Origin: Harriotta raleighana
Lineage: Eukaryota
Direction of reading: 5' to 3'
Length of the DNA: 64,000 nucleotides
NCBI GenBank assembly: GCA_050575255.1
Contig: JBNZDD010013726.1
Coordinates: 8,198,959 to 8,262,958, forward strand
Positions 53,351 to 64,000 of this stretch are shown here, one piece after another (positions within the stretch are counted from its first letter, which is position 1; every line of letters starts with the position of its first letter). The notes under the pieces were generated by a model that saw only the letters and a program-made list of their open reading frames with translations, ran no database searches and was not told the DNA's origin. A program made the position numbers and the translations under genes.

Positions 53351-54223
53351 ATAGAAAAATTACATTTCTAAAGCACCTTTCATGTTAGGAGGACGTTGCA
53401 AGTGCTGGGGTGGTACATTAATTGCTGATAATTACACATTTAGTTGGTGTAAAATTACTTGGAGGTGAATATTTTGGATAATTGTCCAATGGCATTCAAT
53501 CATATCTTATATGTACTACAGATGTATGTTTCTCCTGTGAGACTGTAAAAGACTGAATACATCATTATTACCATACACTATAATTTATACCAGCTCATCA
53601 AGCATACATTTGCTTTCAAGAAACTACACTGGAAATGATAATATACATACGGTACTGTAGCTCCAGCCACAAACTGATTTCTGTAGGAAGCATAGGCTGG
53701 CAATCCAGAATGATATAGTGTATGTGTTGGATCATATGGAATAAATGTATCTGCACTATAACCTTTTAAAGGTTACAGAGAAATTCCAACTTAAATGGGC
53801 GCAAATGGGCCAGGTACAAAATAAAAGAATTCACGCACCTATGGATTATAAATTTAATTTGCCGCTGAACTGCTCTGAGTAATTCAACACATCAAATAAC
53901 CCATATAATTGCTCAAAAGTGAGTTTGGTGCTTAGCGCATATCACACTTTAAATTGGAGATCTTCTCGAATGGTTTAACAATCTGTAACCATCTCCACTT
54001 AGCAAAAAGATAGCAAGAAAAGAAACCAATGTAACATTTTACTGAAAAAGAGTTTAAGCATTATTTAGCAGAAATGCTGGAAGATACTCAAAATGAATTA
54101 ACAGTTCCAAAGAGGATGTGAGGGATTACAAAACAATCTTCATCTCAGGAGGTTAGAAAAAGTTTCAAGAGTGAAGTCTGATCAGTTTATTTTCAACTGA
54201 ATTCCAATGTTTCTACTCACAAC

Positions 54224-54486
54224 TGGAGTCCTTATAAATGAAGACCTGAGTTAGATTCTAGTCAGGACAAAACCTTGAGCATGTTTCCTTACCCTACACC
54301 CCTGATAATAATTGCTCCCCAAAAAATTGTCATTTCAATTCACAACTGTTTGTGGGACACTGCTGTGTGCAATTGGCTGCCGCCCACAAAATGTAGTCAA
54401 TTCACTTTACAATATATTCTGTGAAGTGCTTTAAGATGTCAAGAAGTCGAGAAAAGGCACTATATCAAATGCAAGGATTATTATAA
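54224..54486 (+). mobile_element. Near full-length SINE
   Basis: ggagtcc...aaaaccttgagcatgtttccttac...gtgggacactgctgtgtgcaattggctgcc...aaatgcaaggattattat. Confidence 0.9.
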
Positions 54487-57400
54487 TATCATTTATTATA
54501 ATATGTAACTAGTCCTAACTAAGCAATTAATCTGACCTGTGTTGCCAAGTAGAGGGCAAGGTATTGAATGCCATGTAAATTGATGTATGATAGTATGTAT
54601 GATATATATGATAGTATCTCTTTGAAGGATTTCAATTATGTTTCAATGACAGTAACATTTAATCTGCAGTAGATTATTAGGAACTAACAAATTCCTTAAC
54701 AAAAAGGTTTCAGGTTATTAGATTTGGAGATTAATTTATCAAAGGAATGTTGCGGGAAATTGGATCAATTGACTGCCTGAACTGATAGTACAGTATATTA
54801 CATTAACCTGTTACTGTGTAACACTAGTTTTTGTTAATGTAGATCTATGTATTTGTAGTCAAGTAATAGAACTGGAATCATTTTGCAATCAATTTAGTGT
54901 AAAATAGGAAAAATGTAAAATTCACGTTTGATTTAAAAATTAATTAGAGGTAATACAGCATTCACCTCAAACTCTTTCCTCTGCTATAACACCTTTCTGT
55001 GAGGTACTGGAGAATTCTGCTGTGACAATGAAAGTATTGCATTGAAACATTTTTGTCATGTTTCAAACCTAAGTCTGAATTATGTTCAAAGAAATATATT
55101 TATTTAAATTGCATTTGACTTTATTTGTGAGAAACCTTTCTCCCAAGGGTTATCGACTGATTATTCAAAACTATTATGAATCTAGACAATGTATTCCATT
55201 TGAGGAAAGTCAGGCTTGTGCTCACATACTGATCTTGAGATAAATCAGATACAGAGGAACTGAATGACTTTAGCTGACTGAGTGACATTGAAGAGACTTC
55301 ACACTCACATAGTGGTTGACATTAGAATTTCTAATACTAAAAAAACTGTAGTGAGAGACTATTCCACCAGAAACAAATAATTTTCAAACAAGCTAGACTT
55401 ATATGTTGTACATTCCCTGAGAAATGTTGAATTTAACTGCAAGAAAATAATTTGAGATAGGAAAGTGAAAATATTACAAATCATTTCTTTTTTTGATCCC
55501 ATATTGTATTCTTCCCATTTGAATAGCACTTTAGGACGTCTTAACAACGTGAAAGGTGCTAAATGAATGTAATTTGTTGTTGTTGGTCCAATAAAAGCAT
55601 CTGCAATATTGCTGAAGGATAATGCAAACATAACATGTCAAGTTATTATTCATATTATTTAACTTTGAGTTACATTTCTACTTGATAAACATACCACAAC
55701 TTACAAGGATCTATTTTAAAATGTATTAGCATTTTAGTAATCTATGGAATGGAGGAGTTATTTATTTTCTATCATTTTTCTTACAGTTCTCGAAATGTAC
55801 CAGGTGTACAAAATCATTTACTTTTTAATTTTAATTATTTCCTTCTCTTTAGTTTCTGGAATTTTCTAAATAACAAATTAGCACGTATTGTTCAGATTTC
55901 TGTATTTTGTTGCAATGACAAATCTATGATTTCTGAAATCCAAAAGGACCTCATGAGTCTTTTCTGAGGAAATGCTTCACTAAAAATTCGCAGACGATCG
56001 CTGACGATAAGTGTGATCTGTTAATTTGTATATCTCGATTCAATTAAAAAATTCCAAGAACCACATTATGCTTAACCAAATCTAATGAGATCACTGATAG
56101 TTTGAAGCATAAGAATTATTTGTAGCTGAACTGTATGGGTACCACAATAGCACCCGAATGCCATCCTGTGCCAACAGATGCATAGAAAATAGTGTCAAAT
56201 GTTTCCTCAAAGCATAAAACAGCCTTTTCAATCAAACGTATTGCTTGGAGGCCATCTGACAAGAAATTCCTCTTTCCCTTGATATTAATTACTGTAACAC
56301 CCCGATTATTAAAGTAAATTTGTCTGAAGTCCAATAATACCAATCCATCCACAACTTCAGATTGATAATTTTTTGGTAGGTCAGGAAAGTGGGAAATTGG
56401 AAGAATTTGTAGAGATAAAGAACAGCCATGATCTAATTAAATGGTGAAACAGGCGTGAAGGGCTGAATAGCCTACTCCTTTCCCTACATGTCTGTGTTTC
56501 GAAGTCATTTTTCTTAAGCATCTTATATTATCCATAATAAAAGAATATCTTACTTTCAGAGATCAAATAAGGAGAAATCCAAGACATGCCTGTGAACACC
56601 AGAAAGTAAGATGGTACTTTAGTTTAATCTTACTTTGAGAGCATTTTACTATGGGACTGGTGGGTGATTCATGGGTGACGAATGGTGCAGACAATTGGGA
56701 GAAAAGGAGGCAAGGTCACCTTAGATGACAATGATGTACAAGAGCTGGGGAAAAAAAGGCTTGACTTCTGACATATGGCACAGATTAACTGGTGCATCTG
56801 AAAACGAGAGTATCAGAGCTTGGAGGGGTTCAGATTATTTTCTCTGTGTAATGTGTTCTTCGTACCAATGGAGCTAGCCTGCCCAGTTCAAAAAAAGTGC
56901 CACCGTACTAGATTACTAAGTGGTCTGATTTCACGAAGAATGAAATTGCTGATCATTTTTCACATCACCCTTTCCATATCATGTAACAGCCCGGTTTGGC
57001 CAGCAGCAAACAACTGTCTCTGTTTCCTAAGTGAAACAGTCTGCAACTTATCGGAATTGTGCTGTAGAGCCACAGAAAAGAATGGAGAACCAATTGGGAA
57101 GAAAATATTGAAGGCATGAGAAAAGCAAGTGATGCCATGCAGTTCACCCCTTAAGATTAAGTACTCTGAGACGCCCTTAAATGCATATTGTTGTAGATTA
57201 GGTGCGCATTCAGAACCCACACAGTTAGCCTTATTAAGGGATCAAACATATTCTTAACAGAATAGCATGCGGTATGATTTAAATATTGCTTGTGCTTTTG
57301 GAATTAGAGATACATCACAAAGGAATTTTTGCTTCAAATTTAAATAGTTTGAGTGGAAGAGTTCAGTGAGTGAATGGATTGAAATGATCTTAAAACCACA

Positions 57401-60029
57401 CCCAGAAACATTGGAAATAACTCGACACGATGCCAACTAAACATATTTGCCTCTGAGCATCAATAGTAGAAGTCCAACTTAAATTTTCTGTCAAGTGCAC
57501 AATTACAAAAAAAGTTAGTGATATTTATTTAATCTATATCTTTAATAATTAAGATGACAGTTGATGTGTTGCACATCCTCTATAAAAACTGAGAATTGAT
57601 AAAAGGAAGTTTGTCTACACTTGACCATACTGAAAGCAGAACAGCGTATGATTTTGCTAATTGTACCAAATAGAGTTTAGGATTTAATTTGATCATTTCT
57701 ACTGTTTGTTTGCTCCATGTGCACTGACATTGCAAGGCAACTCAATAGGCAGAGACAGAAGTAAGGAATGATTCACTTCAGTCAATATTAGAAGCAAAGC
57801 AGTGGAATATTTTAGCACTGATTTCTTTATCATGGCCGCGTATATGTACTATTCGAAGTTTGGGCCCCAAACCCCCAAAGGTATCTTCAGGGCCCCTTGC
57901 ATGCTGCAGTTAAGTGCAGTGACTGTGCTTTGTTGCTCCCTTGAATGTGGGATCCAATGCTTCCTAGGACCTTCCCTTCACTGGATCTTCTTTCTAATGA
58001 GTTCCGAGCTCTCTCTTCTGTTGCCTCAAGATAACCACTTCATGCATCTTCAGCCCTTAATATTTTAAAGTCGGTTTGCAACAACTAGATGATGTTTCAT
58101 TTCATACCAGAAAGATTTGAATCATTGTTGATGAATGATATGATTTTAGTATCTAAAAATTCTTCTCCACCATTAAGCCCATAAAATAGTTTTTCTTATT
58201 GAAGCTGAACTTTGCAATGAATTATAATATGATTAAATGCCATAAATCATCATTGGGGTATACTATTTAACTGTCTACTGTATATACAATGGTGAACTAG
58301 ATTATAAATAGTCATCAGAAGGTTCTGCTACTAAATTACAATATGTAAATGCTATCTGCCTAAGTTAAATATTTATACCAGATGTTGCAGGTCCCAATAA
58401 AAGTGAAATGTTTATGAACAGAAACAGAAAATCCCTTTCGTTTTATGCCAAACATGGATGCAAAGTTCATGGCATTAATATATTGTGAAGCTATGTTGCT
58501 CAATGATGTTTTGGCCCAGGCATAAACAAAAAAAATTCCAGGGCTAATAATTCATTGACAGACAATTCATCTTCAATATGTAACCAACAAGAGCCCCACA
58601 TAGTGAATACACATGAAAACCACAGTGTCACAGCATTCAACAATCGACTTTGAGTGCATACAGAGCCTGACAACTTTTAGCAACAAGATCTTTGGGATGT
58701 ACAAATAGATGTATTTAAACCTGAGGGGTAACAATTGTAGCATTAACATAACTTAGCTATTCATTATCTGCTCTCAGAAGCATATCAGGAAGTTAATAGC
58801 CATGATATAATAACAGGCACGTGCATCATGAAAACTATCAATACTGGTCTCATTTTCTACATTAGTGTGGATTTTCTATTTATTTCTGCACAATTTTTAC
58901 CTAAGCATTGGGTGTTTTTTTTAAAATAGCATGCTGATTTCTTGCAACTTTTCAACAAGATTCTTGCTCCATAGAATTTATAACAGACCCCATTCGAGCC
59001 TTGTATACCATTTTGTATCTGTTATCACCAGCGGTAATAAAATCTGACTGGGGTAATTCCATTTCTGCTTGTACAGTCCTTGGTGCTACTGAATCTTCAC
59101 GGCTACTGAGGAGCTTATTCATGTGGAGCTTGAAATGCAACATCACACCGATGATATCAATCTTCTGTTTTAAAAGCTTTAAGTTGATTGCTAAATTATC
59201 AGTAACCAGGTCTTCAGCCAATGAAGAAAAACGCATTCAAAACAATCTGCTCCCACTTACCAGCTTTATAGAAGCTGCTTTAGGAAAAAAGAAAGTTAGC
59301 AATATTTATCTGAGCAGTTTAACCTATCGGTGATAAACCACAAGATATCGTGTGCTCCGCTTGGCTGATTTCAGACCAGCCACAGTTCTGTGCCCCATTA
59401 AACTTCTTACTAATGCAGGAAATACTACATTCAAATATTCTATTGTTTGCCTCAGACTGTTCATGCTTTGGCAGAAGCCTCTGCTGCAGTCACCGCTGGG
59501 AGCACACCACAGTGCACAGCCTTAATCACTGTATGCAAAATGATTCCACCCCATGAAGGTTTACAACTTGGCCTTTGACTGTCCCGTGAAGTTGCTTTAA
59601 ATATTCTCCTGATAAAATGGCATCCTAGTCACTCCAATCAGGCACTCTCTGAACTCGTGTTACATGCCAAGAGCTGTAGTTTGCTTAGTAAAAGAAAACA
59701 GCACGGTGTAAGTAAAAAACAAAAACTCACTGCAAAGTCAGAGTCGCTGAGAGAATACCAGATATAAACAGAAGCAAGGAACTGTCGAGATGCCAAGAAA
59801 TTCAGAGCACTGAAATAATAAACATGACCGAATGACATTTAACATAAGAATACCCAATTTTAGTAAACATTAGTAACGGCTTTGGCCTTGAACATTCTCA
59901 TCTTAAAGGAGAACTCCACCCGATGAAATTCCAAGTCTTATTGTTACATTTTCACCACCAGAAGAAGCCGCTCCTTCTCATTCCTGCAGTGAGGTTTGAG
60001 CGGGACATAATTTGGGGTCTAGGAAAATT

Positions 60030-60135
60030 CAGTCATTCCACTCTGCAGGACATTCTGTGAAGGGCTTTGAGACGTCTCCACGAAATGATAAGACACTACA
60101 GTACTGTATATCGAAATGCAAGGATTAATATTATC
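60030..60135 (+). mobile_element. SINE 3' tail
   Basis: attctgtgaagggctttgagacgtct...aaatgcaaggattaatattat. Confidence 0.75.
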
Positions 60136-60887
60136 AAGGATCGCTTGTGTTACATTAAGTTCCATAAAGATCTGGCCTGTATATAAGATTTGTTTTAATA
60201 CTGCATGTAAATGAATTCCTCAATGGACCCAAGGGCTTCATCTTATATTGTTTATGAACTGGAGCAATAATTTGCCCTATACAATGTATACTCACTTTAA
60301 TAACAAGTTCTCTCCCTATAGCTAGAGACCTATAGCTAGTCGCACGTTGGACAAGACACCAGACTGTAACCATTTGAGCCCATTATTGATCATTAGTATT
60401 ATCCCTTTACTGCTAGCCCTTAGAAATGGGGGACAAATCAGAATATTAACAATAATCCATTTCAATCAATGCAGTTGTCTGGTGCACATCAACATTTCTG
60501 TTCATGTCAATGCCGTCCCCCAAGACCATCAATAGGAGATTGCTCACTCTCTGCTCATTTTGGGAAGTAGTTTTTTAAAACTGTCTTTACTGTTAGTTCA
60601 GCGAGTTCAATTTTCATTTCAAGAGTGTTGGCAATTTAAATTATTCTGTGAATATTGATTGAGGTTTCATATTTTTTTCCCTAAAAGAACAGCAATCAAA
60701 TGTCATTTGTACAAGGGTGTTAAAAGTAGCTGCCCAAGCGAAACACAGCAGACAGCGTAATTAGGAGCTGCAGTTCAGAGTGATGAGATGGACAGTTATC
60801 CTAATCATTGTTAGCAGTACCAACTGGTCTTGTAGCTGTAATTATGAAAATCATCAAGGATGTGTTCGATGTTGAAATGACTTGTGA

Positions 60888-61315
60888 ACAACAACAACAA
60901 AATTACACTTGTATAGCGCCTTTCACGTTCAGGAGGACGTCCTAAAGAGCTGAACAGTCAGGTTGGGACCTGAGCGGTGGGGGAGGGTCGGGGGTAGGGG
61001 GAGGAGAAAGGAGAGTAAGAGAGGGGGAAGAGTTAGGAGGGAAGCTGAAGGCGTGGTTGAAGAGGAAGGTCTTGAGACCGGCCTTGAAGGAAAGGGAGGA
61101 AGCAAGGCAGAGGGACTGCGGGATGGAGTTCCAGAGTGTCGGGGCAGAGAGGCTGAAAGCCCGGCCATCGATGGTTGGGTGGATAGGGCGGTGGACACGG
61201 AGCAGATCTGAGTCTGCTGAATGGAGGGTGCGGGCAGGCTGATAGGGTGACAGCAGATCAGAGAGATAGGCGGGTGCAAGACTGTGAATGGCCGTGAATA
61301 GGCGTGAAAGCCTGG
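60888..61315 (-). mobile_element. L2 LINE 3' end (about 430 bp)
   Basis: (aac)n tail and gtatagcgcctttcacgttcaggaggacgtcc; the minus strand encodes a GRAFS.SAP.LWNSIP-type ORF2 end. This explains ORFs 60929..61405 and 60963..61211. Confidence 0.92.
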
Positions 61316-61407
61316 CAGTGCTTTGTGCATTTTAAAGCTTCCCCACAACCATCTCCAATGTTTCTTTTTAAAAGGCCGCCAGTGTTTCATCCATTGCAAA
61401 TTCATAT

Positions 61408-61706
61408 TTGGTCACAGATTTAAAATAGATTCAAAAAGAAGCAGGGGGTTGGTGGGGTGGAGGTGAGGAGAAATGTTTTCACTCAGCGAGTTGTTCGAAT
61501 CTGGAATGCATTGCCTGAAAAGGTGGTGGAGGCCGATTCAATAACAACTTTTAAAAGAGAGGTAGACATTTATTTGGCGAGGAAGGGTTTGCAAGGTTAT
61601 GGGGAGAGATCTGGGGAGTGGGATTGAATACTGTTTTTTAAAGAGCCAGCACAGACTTGATGGGACGAATGGCCTCGTTTTGTGCCGTAAGATTCTATGA
61701 TTCTAT
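61408..61706 (+). mobile_element. CR1 LINE 3' end
   Basis: Encodes GHRFKI...RRNVFTQRVVRIWNALPEKVVEADSITTFKREVDIYL and ends in the CR1-type (gattctat)2 repeat. Confidence 0.93.
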
Positions 61707-64000
61707 ATGGCAATCACAGATGTACCCATTTTACACATCTGGATGACACATGTGAACATAGGGTATCTTAATGTGCGTTATTTAGGGTGGTGTTACCGTA
61801 CACTCAAACCATTTGCACTTCAGACAAACAGACAGAGTAAACACGAGAAAGACAAACGCAGGGAATGGTGGTGTGCTAACCTAAGCATGAAACAACCCTT
61901 TCCACAAGTATTGAAAGCTAGAAATCCTGATTAATTGGCCCTAAACACCTATGTTAAGATGTGACTTTCATCATGTAGTGGTTTTCTGCTGTTACACCAC
62001 ATAGTGTTTCATTGGAAGATAACACTTTGGATTAACTGAAATGCATTCATTTTGAAGTGTTCTTATCCTACCATTTTACAGCCATTCAACACCAAATACG
62101 CTTGTGCCAAACCTCAAAAGTGTGGGTTCAGTGTAGAGCAAGTTCCACTGTTACACCAGGGAGTAAATAACCAACTCAATTATTGGTAAAGAGCTGAAGT
62201 TAAAAGTGATTATAAACATACATGCTATAAAAATCCCATACCATGCAGTACTGTTTACAAGGCAGCTTTACAGTTGAAGTAATGACCATTTCCTGAACAT
62301 TTAACACAAAAGTTTTTTTTAATGTAAATGTCTGGTACCTTACAAAATTGCACGAAGCTTCGGACTGCGCAATTATTAATTCTGACTGGGGGCTGGTGCA
62401 GTGCATTCAAATATAGTTTCATACAAACACAAGATACAGTATTATGGATTGGTGGGACCACGCTCTGACTCCACACTGAATTTTGATCTCAGTCAAGCAA
62501 CAATAAAGGAAAATTGTCTGTAAAAACTTATATCTCGGTCTCCTGACAACCAGTTCAGGGCCACGCAGCTGCTTTCTCCACTACACCTGGAATGGTACAA
62601 ACAATTAATAGGCACGGGTAAAAATACTGTAAATAGGTTTTGTAGTTTAAAAATTAACTTGTTAAAACATCAAATTAAATCAGAACATGTGCTGTAAAAT
62701 TATAGCTTCAGCAAAAAAGCAACTTTCCTTCCATAGCCTTGCTTTGCAGGGGCCCCATTAACTTAAACCATATGAGAGACTATCAGCTGTCAGGACAAGT
62801 TATGCCATCAGTCTATGCTGTTCGCATATGCAATGGCACTCTGTGACTAATGATGTCATTGCATGCTCAGCTCCACATGTCTTTATAAAAAATTAATCTC
62901 TTGGTGCTTAAATAATTCTGGCAACAATTGTTTTGAAAAAGTAAAAGGACTGTAACAAGTACGGTAAGAAATTACAGAGTTTTTTTTCTCAGGATTGGGA
63001 ACGATGCCAAATGGAGCCTAAGGGCATGAATTAGTTAATTTATGGGACTTTATATTTTAAAATTCTGTCAGAAACCCTGCTGTTCGAGACTCGGGAATCG
63101 CCAAACCACATCCCAGCTAGAAGCGACTTGTAAAACATTTGGAATACAGAAAATGACTAAACATCAGGCATCATTGTGTGTAACAGCTCCTCCATAATAT
63201 GAATATGGTGTACCACAGTAGGGAAGTAGTACTTCCTTTCAGTGATATATAGTATACTTCCTTAGCAAGCTACCTTAACAAAGACACCCATCATAGTACG
63301 GTAGAATTTTTTTTCATGGGGGAGGGGGAAACCTTTTTTCAGGAAAAAAAACATCCGTCCAAAATAGAGCAGCAGTGTTCCAAGTAACTTCTAAAAAGTT
63401 TTGCCTTCAATCCAATGAAAGTGGAAACAATACTTTAGAGAAAAACATATTGCATTCGCAAATTATAACTTTGTGTTTTGGATGAACCCTTCATTGGAAT
63501 AAAATGTCCAACAAGAAAGCAGAAGAGCAGGTGGGTATAATATGCCCTGGGATGTCCTCCCAATGTCAAAGCTATGATACAATTGCAATTTTGTTGTTGT
63601 TGTAATAGTCTTTCACCGTGAGATGACAAACTAACTTCAAATCAAATAATGTAAAAACCTAGTGGGACTCCTGCCTGAATCACTATTTTGAAAAAATGAG
63701 GAATGCTGCTATTTTCAAAGCTTATTTTTGTGTGTTTTACACTCTCCCCCTCCATGTTGTGGAATTATTTCTGGATAATTCTGTAAATGTTCCGAGTGTG
63801 TGTCATTTCCCATCTGCCTTCATAGATGTTGAAACACTGTAATTAAAAACTATAGTCAAATACAACAGAGTAGGTAGTTCTAAAAATGAATGTTCAGAGC
63901 CTGTTGAGATCCAAAATACGAAGAGCTCAAATAGCAGATTGGTTTTCTCTCGGCAGCACCCTGTCTGTCTCACAAAAAGAAAAATGCATGGCTCTTGAGC

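Noticed and set aside
53777-53967. Weak terminal inverted similarity suggesting an ancient MITE
   Set aside because: Too degenerate to support without a family alignment.
56116-56352. ORF starting MDGLVLLDF, reminiscent of a LINE RT motif
   Set aside because: The similarity does not extend to the KAFD or later motifs.
1-64000. Prokaryotic-type systems (CRISPR arrays, operons), endogenous viral ORFs or a nested protein-coding gene
   Set aside because: No regularly spaced repeats, no long ORFs and no second coherent exon chain were seen; the window is eukaryotic intron-rich DNA.

Overview
AT-rich vertebrate genomic DNA, most likely a cartilaginous fish. Species is inferred from the repeat content: shark/chimaera-type DeuSINE-like SINEs, L2 and CR1 LINE fragments, and a Penelope-type palindrome. 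The whole window appears to lie inside one minus-strand gene for an adhesion GPCR of subfamily A, most likely ADGRA1/GPR123 with a complete LRR-LRRCT-Ig-HRM ectodomain. Six coding exons were traced with GT-AG borders and consistent phases: 25521-25592, 22500-22571, 21441-21512, 17633-17796, 14793-15006 and 748-912. No upstream exon was found in 25.6-64 kb, and the next downstream exon lies left of the window. The rest is intron containing retroposon fragments, a Tigger/pogo-type non-autonomous DNA element nested in a LINE tail, a templated-insertion repair scar, several hairpins, and false duplications at single-N contig joins. Most ORFs in the track are noise or LINE remnants. I found no convincing novel biological system. 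The best leads are the full-ectodomain ADGRA1, a hammerhead-like motif in the Penelope-type palindrome, the repair scar and a candidate antisense exon. Exon numbers follow ADGRA2/3 homology, repeat boundaries are approximate, and family names come from recalled consensus sequences, not searches.
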